A stretch of 64,000 nt of DNA, taken from Thraustochytrium aureum (lineage: Eukaryota). The stretch is from contig BLSG01000238.1 of the NCBI GenBank assembly GCA_012862495.1, positions 72,470 to 136,469 of the forward strand. Direction: 5' to 3'. A program made the position numbers and the translations under genes. The notes under the pieces were generated by a model. It saw only the letters and a list, made by a program, of their open reading frames with translations, was not told the DNA's origin and ran no database searches. This document shows positions 13,101 to 24,998 of this stretch, piece after piece. Each line of letters begins with the position of its first letter. The stretch's first letter is position 1.

Positions 13101-15528
13101 TTCAGCTCGTCTCGCTCAGTGTCAGCACGAGCAAGCGCAGTGGAGAGCTGGTTCACAGATAGCCGGAGGTTTGTCGCATCCGTCTTCCAGCGCTCTAACT
13201 GTGCTTCCGCGGCTTGCGCGCGACGCACAAGCCCGGCGTCCGGCTCGAGGGGCGCCCGACTGGCGCGCGAGTATGCACCATCCTCGCTTGTTGAAGAGCT
13301 GATTAGACGCNNNNNNNNNNNNNNNNNNNNNNNNNNNNNNNNNNNNNNNNNNNNNNNNNNNNNNNNNNNNNNNNNNNNNNNNNNNNNNNNNNNNNNNNNN
13401 NNNNNNNNNNNNNNNNNNNNNNNNNNNNNNNNNNNNNNNNNNNNNNNNNNNNNNNNNNNNNNNNNNNNNNNNNNNNNNNNNNNNNNNNNNNNNNNNNNNN
13501 NNNNNNNNNNNNNNNNNNNNNNNNNNNNNNNNNNNNNNNNNNNNNNNNNNNNNNNNNNNNNNNNNNNNNNNNNNNNNNNNNNNNNNNNNNNNNNNNNNNN
13601 NNNNNNNNNNNNNNNNNNNNNNNNNNNNNNNNNNNNNNNNNNNNNNNNNNNNNNNNNNNNNNNNNNNNNNNNNNNNNNNNNNNNNNNNNNNNNNNNNNNN
13701 NNNNNNNNNNNNNNNNNNNNNNNNNNNNNNNNNNNNNNNNNNNNNNNNNNNNNNNNNNNNNNNNNNNNNNNNNNNNNNNNNNNNNNNNNNNNNNNNNNNN
13801 NNNNNNNNNNNNNNNNNNNNNNNNNNNNNNNNNNNNNNNNNNNNNNNNNNNNNNNNNNNNNNNNNNNNNNNNNNNNNNNNNNNNNNNNNNNNNNNNNNNN
13901 NNNNNNNNNNNNNNNNNNNNNNNNNNNNNNNNNNNNNNNNNNNNNNNNNNNNNNNNNNNNNNNNNNNNNNNNNNNNNNNNNNNNNNNNNNNNNNNNNNNN
14001 NNNNNNNNNNNNNNNNNNNNNNNNNNNNNNNNNNNNNNNNNNNNNNNNNNNNNNNNNNNNNNNNNNNNNNNNNNNNNNNNNNNCCTTGCTCGCCTTTGGC
14101 GTCGACAGAGCGCTCGAGTGCGGACTGGAGCATTCTCACCTTGCGCTCGAAGAATGTCTTGGCCGCGCTAAGCGTTGTGTTGCTCGACCGCAGGGACTGC
14201 AACTCTGCCCTGGACCGTGCAAGACCAGCCTGCAGAGCCGTGACTTCCTCGTTCAAGATCCCCTCGCGCTCGGCGGAAGAGTGCGGCCCAACGCTCGCAG
14301 CGGCAACCCTTTCCCGCTCCTTCTCGAGCTCCTCCTCGAGGGCTTGGCTTGTCGAGATAGCGCGCTCTAGGTTGCGCCGAAGGAGGTCATTCTCGCGCCG
14401 CAAAAACAGACGTTCGCGTTGGAGCGCTTGCACGTCTCTCGAAGCGGGCTCGGCCCTCGCTTCCTTGCCAAGTTCCGAGAGGCACTTTTTCGCTTCGAAG
14501 AGCTCTTCGCGCAGCGCAGTGTTCTCGCGCGTTGCCCGAGCTATTTCGAGGCGCGCCGAGTCGTGGAGCATCCCAGATGCAGCGAGCTCCTTGTTTCGGG
14601 CAGAGGCTGCTGCCAGGTCGCTGGCGAGCCGCCGCTTCTCGTCGCAGAGGTTGTCTACTGTCACGGAGAGGCGGGAAGCGTGGCCTTGCTCGGCTCCGAC
14701 TTGGGCGGAGAGTTGGGCGAGCTTGTCTTGCTGCTCGCGCACGACGACCCGGAGTTGGTCGCGCTCCACGAGCGTGCCGTTGAGCCGCTCTCGCATTTCG
14801 CGGAGCGACTGGACGACTAGCTGGGCACGCTTCCCGATCAAGCGTCCAGCGCTGCCGCTGTCAGACCCCGCTCGACCGCGCCTCTGCTGATCACAGGTTT
14901 GCTCTGGGGAGTCCGGCGGCTGAATAACCTCGCTTCGGACTGAGATGGGCAGCGTATCGTCCTCGTCGCCCTGGCTGGGGCTATCTTCCTTCTTCTCGTC
15001 AGTGCGGCCGCTGGGATCTTCAGGGCGCTCAAAGTCGGCTTGTAGAGCCCCCACTAGCTTCTCGACCTGGTCCCACAGAGCTCGTTCCTGTTCGGCGCGC
15101 CGCGCACGGTTTCGGGAGAGGGATTCGCGTCCGCGGCCGCTGTCGTGCAGCGCATTGCCGGTGCGACTGTCGCGCCCCTGTCGGTGCGCAAAGGTGAGTG
15201 GGCTCGCTCGGCCTCGAACGCTTCGCAGAAGGTCAATGATGGTCTCAAAAGCGAGGTCGTGGACGTGCTTCCCATCAATATGTGTCAACAAGGCGCCCTC
15301 GCGCACGACGACGCCGTCGACGCTCTTCGATTTCAGTAGTTTGGCGCCGAGAGCGACGCGGGTATTTTCGTCTGCCGGGACAGCAGCAACGACTTCTCGA
15401 GCCTCAATGAGGGCTTGCACGGAGACAACGTCCGTCCACTTCAACGCATCGGCAGAGTCGACGCGCTCTTGGCGCGTCTCTTGCCCATCCCTTTTCCTCG
15501 CCCCGAGGACTCTACCAAGCCCTAGCAT
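7182..15528 (-). CDS. N-terminal PDZ-like domain plus very long coiled coil (golgin/centrosomal-like); split by gaps and indels
   Basis: ATG 15528 (MLGLGRV). PDZ-like segment VREGALLTHIDGKHVHDLAFETIIDLLRS..PLTF. Heptad-rich E/L/A/R sequence runs through ORFs 13303-15897, 10622-13228, 9517-10674, 9062-9913 and 7182-9137; single-base shifts near 10637 and 9092 restore continuity. Confidence 0.75.
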
Positions 15529-15935
15529 CTTCCCGGGGCGCCTGGCGTTGCCCACGGCGCCCACGTTCGCCTGCCCAACTCCGGCGCGCAGACCCGCCTG
15601 AGAGGCGTCCCACGGCGCTCGCCGCTGTCTCTTGAAAAAACGTAGCCCAGGACTGCAACCACCACCTGTATTGAGGTCACCGCGCAGGGCCGCTGGACCG
15701 GCTCTCCGCGTCTGGAAGCAAGCCGATGCGCTCGGATCGCGCCTCCGCGGCCTCCGCGGCCTCCGCGACCTCCGCAGCGCTCCGTCCCGGCCGCCGCGCG
15801 AGCGCGTTGCAGCTCTGCTTGCCCACCCACCAGCCTGCGTTTCTGTCGCCTGTTTGGAGCCAGCGAAAGAACAGTACGAACGTTGTCCCGTTCCCAAGAC
15901 GGAACCGACGCCCGAGTTCCTTTAGTTCGTTAGGT

Positions 15936-16511
15936 GAACCAGAGAACCCTTCGCATCTGAGAACCGTTCTTCAGAGGGAACCTGAGAACCGCTCCTTGTT
16001 GTGAACCTGAGAACCGTTCTTTGCAGAGAACCTGAGAACCGCTCCTTGTTGTGAANNNNNNNNNNNNNNNNNNNNNNNNNNNNNNNNNNNNNNNNNNNNN
16101 NNNNNNNNNNNNNNNNNNNNNNNNNNNNNNNNNNNNNNNNNNNNNNNNNNNNNNNNNNNNNNNNNNNNNNNNNNNNNNNNNNNNNNNNNNNNNNNNNNNN
16201 NNNNNNNNNNNNNNNNNNNNNNNNNNNNNNNNNNNNNNNNNNNNNNNNNNNCCAGAGAACCCTTCGCATCGGAGAACCGTTCTTCACGGGGAACCTGAGA
16301 ACCGTTCTTCACGGGGAACCTGAGAACCGTTCTTCACGGGGAACCTGAGAACCGTTCTTCACGGGGAACCTGAGAACCGTTCTTCAGAGGGAACCTGAGA
16401 ACCGTTCTTCAAAGGGAACCTGAGAACCGTTCTTCGCAGAGAACCTGAGAACCGCTCCTCGTTGTGAACCTGCGAGCCTTTCGTCACAGGGAACCTGAGA
16501 ACCGTTCTCAG
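15936..16511. repeat. 25-bp minisatellite, consensus GAACCTGAGAACCG plus 11 variable nt (at least 13 units visible, interrupted by a gap)
   Basis: Units start at 15978, 16003, 16028 and 16053, then at 16291, 16316, 16341, 16366, 16391, 16416, 16441, 16466 and 16491: an exact 25-nt period. Confidence 0.95.
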
Positions 16512-16782
16512 CTGACCCAAAGCAAGTCCAAAAAGCCGTAGATGATGCGTGGGGCGAAGAGAGAGGTCGGTTGCTTGCAGAGCCGAAAGTGCGAGCGAGG
16601 GCTGCAGAGGCAGCGAGCGCACTTTGGCGGGCGCTGCGCGGGCTGGAGGCCGAGCGCGATCGGGCTGGCTGGCTTGCTGGCTGGCTTTCTGGCTGGCTGA
16701 CGCTACCGCGCGAGGCCTGCTGTTGGGGCCGAGAGGTTGATCTGCTGGCAACCCGAAAAAAGTGCGACAGCTGACGCAGCCG

Positions 16783-19700
16783 ATGCTGGACGGGGCCGCG
16801 GACGGGGACGGGGTGGCGGGCGATGTGGTACGGGTGAGGATGCCAAGCGTGCCGGACGAGCTCAGCGAGGACGAGCGCAGCTTGCCGAGTTCGCCGAAAG
16901 AGCGACGGTTGGTGGTGATTTTGTACTCCCTTCGCGGTCTCCCGGCGAGTGTGGCCGGGCGGCAAGTGTATTGCAAGCTTTCGCTCAACAGCGTGCACAA
17001 ACGCTCCGCGCTGGTCAAGGCAGAAAAGGACGGCCAGGGTGGCGCGTTTGTGCATTTTGAGGGTCAATGCTTTGAAGGCTGGAGCGTTGCCAATCCGCAC
17101 TCGCTGAGCTTCGAGGACCTCCTCGTGCTGCGAGCCAAGGTGTCGTCGACACTTGGCATGTCGAGCAACGCTGGCAGCCTGTCTATAGCGATTCGCGAAG
17201 TGTCCGTGCTGGGAACGCCAGACTCCCGAGCCTGGTTTCCGCTTTCTGCGTACGAGGGACTCAAAGTTGTGCAAGGCGAGGCTTGCATTGGAATGTTCTG
17301 GGCGAGCAACCCCGCGGCGGCGTCGAGGTCGAGCCCGGGGCACAGTCTTCAACCGGCTCGAATCGCTCGTTAGTCAGGATCGGCTCGTCGGAGAGCGTAA
17401 AGTCAGCCTCACGGCGGTCGCTACGTTCGCTGCCGGGGCTGAGCCTACGCTCACCTCCAACGCTGCGCGCAAACCTCAAGACCGTGGTCGGGCGGCACAC
17501 GCACAAAACGCAAGAGATGCTGATCCGTTCTGGGGCTAGCGGTGTCGGACTGACACTCAACTCGCCAGAGGTTAAGATTGAAGGTCCGTGGTTGCGCCAA
17601 CCCGTTGAGGAGGAAGCCATCGAGGAAGTGGACGAAAGGTTTGATTCGCTGCCTCGCCCGAGCGCAGTCAGCGAAAGCGTGGAACAGGGGATAAGAGGCG
17701 CTGAGTCCGTGTCGAAGGCGTCGTCCCTGAGTCGAGACTGCGTCCATCCGCAACTCGCGGAGCACAGCAAGCCAGTTCTGATGCTCGAGGTTTTGGAGGC
17801 GCGGGGGCTCTTGGCTGCCGACTCAAACGGACTCTCCGACCCCTACTGCGTGATCAAGATAAAGAACGCCAAGCGGAAGACGCGCATCATTCCCAAGACA
17901 CTGACTCCCGTTTGGAACGAGATCGTTACCTTCGGGGGCGACGACCATCCCCGAGAGCTTCTCTCGCTCGACGACACAGTCACAATTCTAGTTAAAGACC
18001 ACGACATGGTCGGCTTTGACGACGACCTTGGCATGATCGAGCTGCCACTGTGGGCCATCGCACCGCACCCTGGACCACACCGCGCCAGCGACTTGTCCGC
18101 AGAGGAAGGCGCCGAGATGGACGACGCGATCAAACCGAGTGCGAGAGCCGGCGCCGATGGAGAGTCGGTATTCGCTAACGAGGGCGTCGACGAGTTTGGG
18201 GTAAAGACGAGCGGCGACCCTGGTTCAGGCGCAGCCACGCTTGCGATACCGCCGCAGATCGACCCGCCTGCACCTCTCAAAATGGCCAGATACAAATCTT
18301 TAGACGCAATCGCCATCAATGCACCGGCCAAGTGGTACTCTCTGCATAGGGCCCCCGGGATGCAGACGGTGCGCGGAGAGGTCAAACTTCGCATCTCGTT
18401 CTACTGCGGGACCGGCGCTGGCGTCCAAGCCGGGAACAGCTTTGCGAGTGTGGTGGACACAACAAAGTCCAGCTCGTTTGTGCGGCGCAAGGAGACCCAA
18501 GCTCCTCAGAACATTCCTGTAGATGACAATGGCCAAGACGCGTCCTTGCGGGCGCTCGCACTCGTAAACAGCAGGCGGTATTGCAAGGCACAGACAATAC
18601 TGCACGTGCGCGTCATCCAGGGACGCAATTTGATCGCCGCCGACTCGAACGGCAAGAGCGATCCATACGCAACAGTGACAGTTCGAAAGGTGAGTCGCGA
18701 GACGACGATCCAGCGGAAAACGCTCAACCCGGTGTGGAATGCCACCTTCGAGTTCGGCCACGGCCAGGGAGTTCCTCACCGAAACCGACGTGGTCCACAT
18801 CTCCCTCAAGGACCACGACAGCTTCGTCCGTGACGACGACCTTGGTGTCGTGTCCATTCCCATATGGAGCGTTCTCGGGGCGGCGGCCGGTCCGGTTTGG
18901 TATGCCTTGAAGGTACCGAACGGCCCGAGCGCGACCAACTCGTGGCTTAAAGACCAGGCGATTCAAGACCTCGGCGAGGTCCAGCTCGAGTTCACCTTTA
19001 CGGTGATTACCGAAGACGGCGAGGTTGCCCGGCGGCCAGGCGGCCGTTGACGCTGTGGTAGACAGCAGTGCCGCCGCGACTTCCTCCCCCTGGTGCAGCG
19101 GCGCTCGACCCGGTGCAGGACGAGGTGCTCGGAGGTGGGCTCGCGCTTCGCTTTGGCCTGCCGAGGCGCCGGGACCCACGCCGTACCTCTGCGCGGGCCC
19201 ACTCACTTGCAGCCCGGCCAAACTCGACGCCGTGGAGCCTCCTCGACGCAATAGCGAAGGCCAAGCAACGGCAATACCTTCTCTACAAGGGCAAGGTTTG
19301 GTTTTACAAGATGCGGATCCACGTTGTGGGCGCGACGGGGCTCCCTCCCTCCGACGAGCACGGCCGCCTCACCTCGTTTGTGACCGTATCCTGCGGCCCT
19401 GCGACGCTCCGCACAAAGCCGGTCAAAGGGACGGTCAACCCGATATACAAGGAGCGACTAGAGTTTACCGAGTCGGCCGTGCCTGGCGCAAAGGGCCTTG
19501 GGCGCCAAGATAGAATCCTTGTCACCGTGCGGACCCCTGGCGCCGCAGACCGAGAGCGCAACCAGGAACTCCGCGAACTTACGGGGGGCGAGACCGAGGC
19601 TGACCGCCACGGCGGCCAGGTTATTGCAATAACGAGCATCGACCTGGGCTTTGTGATGGACAGAATGGGGTACATCGACAAGGACGGCATGCTTTTGCAG

Positions 19701-22700
19701 TCCTGGTTCTTGCTCGACGTCGTTCGCCCAGAGCCGAGGTCCGGGTCGCCAGGCTCGCCAAGCTTTTCCATAGGGGAGAGGGGCCCAGGGGACACTGCAG
19801 CCGCGGTCAGCCCTGTGCATGGGCGATCGGCTCGCGCTCGCATCAAACTCGGCATCCAGCTTGTTCCTGTTGCAGAAACCCGCCTCATGGAGCAAAACAA
19901 GTTGGTCTTGCGCGTGAATCGCGCCAAAGGCCTCGACGAAGGCCCCGACGCGCCGCAGACGCGCAGCATCTTCTTTCGCGCCAAGCTGGGAAGCACGCTT
20001 TTGGAGACGTCCTTGTCGAAAATGACGCATGGCCATGTGGTCTGCCATGAGGAGATGTACTTTGAGTCGCTCGACCCGTCAGAGCTGGAGGAGACCGTCC
20101 TTGTGGATGTGTGTTCGGAGGAGACAGGCGAGGCTTTCGCGTCGTTTGCCTACCCAGTTTGGCGCTTGACGGCCAACACAGCCCGATCCGTGGAGGGGTG
20201 GTTTCCGCTCGACTTTGGTGCTGGCTCTACCCGCCAGCCGACTGCCAGCTCAGAGCACTCGACGCTCGGCAGTGAAAGCCGCTCACGGCTGCCGAGTTCG
20301 AGGAGCAGCTCGAGCGTGTCTGAGCCTCAGGACGGTGAGGCGGACTTTGTCGGGCCGGCGAGGACCAACTTTGCCCGCCTTTCAGTTGACGCGGCGGAAA
20401 TCCACCTCTCGCTGCGGCTGGTCAAGGTGATGGAGGCGCTGGAGCCCACGCTCGGCACGGTAAACCTAAACCTTGTCAAGCTCAAGATGGACACGAATGA
20501 CTTNNNNNNNNNNNNNNNNNNNNNNNNNNNNNNNNNNNNNNNNNNNNNNNNNNNNNNNNNNNNNNNNNNNNNNNNNNNNNNNNNNNNNNNNNNNNNNNNN
20601 NNNNNNNNNNNNNNNNNNNNNNNNNNNNNNNNNNNNNNNNNNNNNNNNNNNNNNNNNNNNNNNNNNNNNNNNNNNNNNNNNNNNNNNNNNNNACAACAAC
20701 CTGCGGTGCATCGCCAAGTACGGATCCAAGCAAATCCTGACGCGCACGTACAACAACGTGGTCAACGTGGCCTTTGACCCGGTCCACGCAGCCTTTCGGT
20801 TCCCGGTTCGCGACATGCACACCAAATTCACCTTTGAGGTTTGGAATGTGCCGCGCACCTCGGCAAACGCAGATGAAGAGGTCAGCGAAGCGCCGAGTTT
20901 TGCGAGGGCCCTAGCGCCCGCGGCCAACTTGGTCGGCGTTGGGGTGGGCAGCTCAATCAAGCGCAGCCCGAAGCTGCTTGGGGCGGCCTCGGTCAGCGTC
21001 TTTGACCTTGTCGAGTACGAGGCAATCGCCATGTTCAGCGCAGAGAGCCTCACCTCACCGGCGGAGACTGCGCCCATGAAGCTCAGCCTGGTGGACGGGA
21101 GGGGGAAAAAGCAAGGGAGCTTGCGCCTGTGCATGCGCTTTTGCGAAAACTTGTGGTCGGGTTCGCTGGCCACGCACGCGAACCCATCGAAGCACGTCAA
21201 AAAGCCCTTTTCCTTGGCAAATTTGCGCCACGAGGCGAACCGATCCTTTGCCCTGATGAAGGGCTTCAGCTCCACGATTGGCAGCGTAGGCTATGTGCTC
21301 AACTGGGGGAGCTCCCCCAGCAGCACCGTGGGACTGGCTATCCTCGTAATGTTTTGCGTGCTGGAGTTTTGGTCAAGTCGCGTGCTCGCGGTTTTCCCGT
21401 TCATTGGGCTCATCTACATAATTAACCGCCACGGGGACCGAGCGTACGGCCGCTTCGCTGCGCACCTCTTGCAAAAGTCTGGGATCGGCGAGAATGACAC
21501 CAAGGCGCGCTTGCTCATCACAATCATCAAGGCGCGCAACTTGGTTCCAATGGACGACAACGGCATGTCAGACCCGCTTGTAAACATCTCGCTTTGGAAC
21601 GGCGACTACGCGGCCACTGGAAAGGTCAAGGAGATCAAGCTCGGCCGAACAAGAACAGTGTACGGCACGCTCAACCCGGACTGGAGCGCCTCGCCAATCG
21701 GGTTCAAGGCCAACGCTGGCACGACTCTTACGCAGTGGCGCTCTGGCATCAGCAGCGCCAGCAACGCGGTCCCAGCATTTGAGTGCTTCGTGGAGCGCAT
21801 CTTGTTCAAAAAGCCTTCCCTGAGAGTGATCCTCGTCGGTACGCGCGGGTTGATACGCCAAACGCCCGGCCTCGATGGAAAACCCCAAGCGCCAAATTAC
21901 GCAGACTTGGGCGCGTTCCGGTGCAGCTTCCGAATCGTTCCACAAGGGGTTTTCGTTCAAGCCAAGGCCAAGTCGACAGCCGCACGGGAAGCCCTTTTGT
22001 CCATGGGTTCACGGAGCAGTCTCAGCCACAAGCGCGTCAGCATGATGAAAGGCCTGTCCCGGCGGCGGACATCGACGTCGTCGTCCTTCGGGTCTTCGGC
22101 TGGCCGCTCGCGTGCCTCTTCAAGTGCCTCTTCAGCGTCAGGGCCCAACTCTCAGGGCCCTCGCTCGCGTCTTGGCGTGGAGGAGCTCGAGGAAGAAGAC
22201 GACGTGGACTTTTCTGAAGGTGAGGGTGATACGGGTGAGCGCCAAGAGATGCGTTCTGCGCTTCTCCAGGGAACTAGGTCTGCCGGGGTGAAGGGCGTTG
22301 TGTTTCGCTCGCACGGACGGCCGCAGTCCGTGTCGTCAGTGTCAACGGCGTCGAGCATGACGCGGCGGCAAGAGGACCTTCTCGCACAAGCCTCGCAGCG
22401 CGAGCTCGTGTCCGTCGACTGCACGCGTTGCTGGTTGCCAAGCACCGATTGGCTTGACGACCGCAGCCGGGAGGCTGGCTGGAGGCCCCACCCGCGCCGG
22501 GGCGCACGCGCGCACATGAGCCCTCTGGACAAGAAGATCCTCCATCGGCTTCAGACAAACCCCAAGCTTGGAAGCGGGCTGCCTCGTGAGGTGCTGTCGT
22601 CCACAACGCGGGCCACTCTTAACCCAATGTGGAACGAAGAGCTGATTCTCGGGAGCGAGTTTTTGCTCGACTCGAGCGACTACCTCGTCGTTACCTGCAG

Positions 22701-24777
22701 ACGCGGGCCTGTGGCCAACAACGTTCAAGACCTCGCGTACGCCTTCGTGCCCCTGCGGCGATTCAGCTCTTCGAGCGAGTCCATCAACGAGTGGTTCCCG
22801 CTCGAGGTTCTTGAGGAGGACCCGACCGGAATCGGCGCCAACTACAACAGCTCGGGGGAGCTTGAGGAGGACTTGGAGGACTTTGAAGGCGACAGCGACG
22901 CTGTGCTGACGCGTTGGCGAGTGGTAGGCGAGATACTCCTCTCTCTGCACCTTCGCGGCGCGAACCTCGATGTGGACGTCAAGGCGAGCGCAGGGCTCGG
23001 CATGCGCGGCGGAGGGGCTGCACCGGACGCTCTGGGCGACCTGGCCGAAAAGCACCCTGCAAACCACGCGGCGGCCACCGGGCTGCGACGTCTCCCTGGT
23101 CGCCACGGGTCGGGCAGTGACCTTGGCGAAGCCGATGAGGTGATGGTAGTGTCTGCGGCGCTTGACCAGGAGGAGCCTGATGAGCCCTGGAGCAAGAGCT
23201 CGGCGGTGCTTGTGTTCGACGTGTTTGACGAGGACGACTTTACGCGCCGAGACTTTATTGGGCGAGCCACCCTGCCATTGCGCGCCCTGGTCGCCGACGA
23301 TCGAGTCCAAGACCAGCCTGTTCGGGAGCGCTGGGTTCCGCTNNNNNNNNNNNNNNNNNNNNNNNNNNNNNNNNNNNNNNNNNNNNNNNNNNNNNNNNNN
23401 NNNNNNNNNNNNNNNNNNNNNNNNNNNNNNNNNNNNNNNNNNNNNNNNNNNNNNNNNNNNNNNNNNNNNNNNNNNNNNNNNNNNNNNNNNNNNNNNNNNA
23501 AAGAGAAGGAGCCTTTCGGAGAGATTCGCGAGGCAGCTGACCTGAGCGAGCCTGACGAGTCGCGCTTCCCGACGGGTGGGTCGCCCCGACTTCGATCTGG
23601 CGCCAGCGACGCCGACCTCTCGTTTGACTGGGCGCAGCCTGGGATGCCGTTCGGGGAGATACTTGTTCGGACCCAGCTGGTCTTGTCAGACCCAGCAGCA
23701 GAGGAGGCGTTCAAGGCCGCCGAGGAGGCGAAGAAGGCTGACCGCGGAGGCCGTATCGAGCAGGCGCGGCTTGTTATGAAGATGCTGCAGACGGTTCAGG
23801 ACGAGGTTTTTGCTGTCAACAACACCCTCGAGCAGGTCAAGAACCTGTTCAACTGGACGCACCCCCGCAAGACCAAGATGTTCATGCAGCTCCTGTGTTT
23901 TCTGCTAGTCTTGTTTCTGGTGATCCCATCGCGATACATCGTCCTGTTCGTGGGGATTTTCCTTTTCACGGAGCGGTTCCGGCCCCTCGGCGTCCTTGCC
24001 ATCAAGTTCAAGCACTTGGTTGCGCTTCTGCCAACGAACGACGACCTTGTGCACCTCTACACGAAAGGGCCTTTGCTGGGGTCGCTGGAGGCTTCGAAGA
24101 GCGTGGCGAGCGGCAAAGTGGCTCAGCTTGGCGGCGACGAGGATGCGACCGGAGCCACGACCTCGCAGGTCTCGCGGATCAGTGGGGCGCGGTTTTACCA
24201 AGGTATGCGCGACACGTACTTGAACCTTGGGCTGCTCCACCAATCCCACCAAACGCGTTCCCGAGAAGCGCAAGAGAACAAGTTTATCGTCTCAGAGTCG
24301 GACTGCAAAGCGTTCGGCCACCTGCGGATGCTTCAGCATGGGCGCTCGAAGACCTGGAGGCGCTACTACTTTGCGATCGCACACCAGCAGCTCATGTACT
24401 GGGAAGACAAGGAGGACCTCCTTGTGCGCGTGGCGCAGGGCGGGTTTGGCGACATGGTCGAGATCTCGAAGATCTTGCCGGGCTCGCCGGACGCTACCTT
24501 CCTCGCGAAGAAGGGGGTCAAGGGCGAGACGCGAGAGTGCACATTTTGCATCTCGCACCCCGAAAAGTACAAGCTGCGAGCCGAGCCTGCAGGCGACAAA
24601 GCCGGGGCCACTGAGTCGGCTACAAAGGACATGCTGCAGAAGCTGGCGTCGGGGGCGAACTTTAGCAACCGCATTCGCACGTACCTGGTCGCCAACAGCG
24701 CGCAGAAGCGCGACTACTGGATCGAAAACCTGCGTACGCACTGCGCCACCAAGAGCAAGGTAAACAAGCTTTTGTGA
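16783..24777 (+). CDS. MCTP: Multiple C2 and transmembrane domain protein (MCTP-like) with C-terminal PH domain
   Basis: Ca-binding C2 signatures LEARGLLAADSNGLSDPY...KTLTPVWNE...KDHD..FDDDLG and QGRNLIAADSNGKSDPY...KTLNPVWN...KDHD..RDDDLG, plus further degenerate C2s. Hydrophobic segments LNW...TVGLAILVMFCVL and the PRT_C-like EQVKNLFNWTHPRKT...RYIVLFVGIFLF. PH-like GHLRM...KTWRRYYF...LMYWED...YLVANSAQKRDYWIENL. Indels near 17338, 18767 and 19030-19090. Confidence 0.85.
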
Positions 24778-24844
24778 GCCGCGGCTCCTTTCTACTAGCT
24801 GCCTTCGATGTGGTGAGCGGCGCTGTTGTCGATCACGCGCCGCG

Positions 24845-24947
24845 CGCAGCGAGCCTATTGCGCAGCGAGCCTGTCCCGCAGCGGGCCTGTCCCGCAGCGA
24901 GCCTGTCCCGCAGCGAGCCTGTCGCGCAGCGAGCCTGTCCCGCAGCG
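24845..24947. repeat. 16-bp tandem repeat (CGCAGCGAGCCTGTCC) x6.4 between convergent gene ends
   Basis: Units at 24845, 24861, 24877, 24893, 24909 and 24925, and a partial unit at 24941. Confidence 0.9.
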
Positions 24948-24998
24948 CCTGGATGCGAGCATGGCGCGTGTCCTTGCCCTGCGCGTCGAGCCAGGTTT

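Noticed and set aside
15936..16511. CRISPR array
   Set aside because: The variable segments are only 11 nt, related to each other and reused; the period is 25 nt; there are no cas genes and the context is eukaryotic.
15936..16511. Heat-shock element or LexA (Cheo) box array
   Set aside because: The spacing is GAA-N3-TTC / GAAC-N1-GTTC, not GAA-N2-TTC (HSE) or GAAC-N4-GTTC (Cheo).
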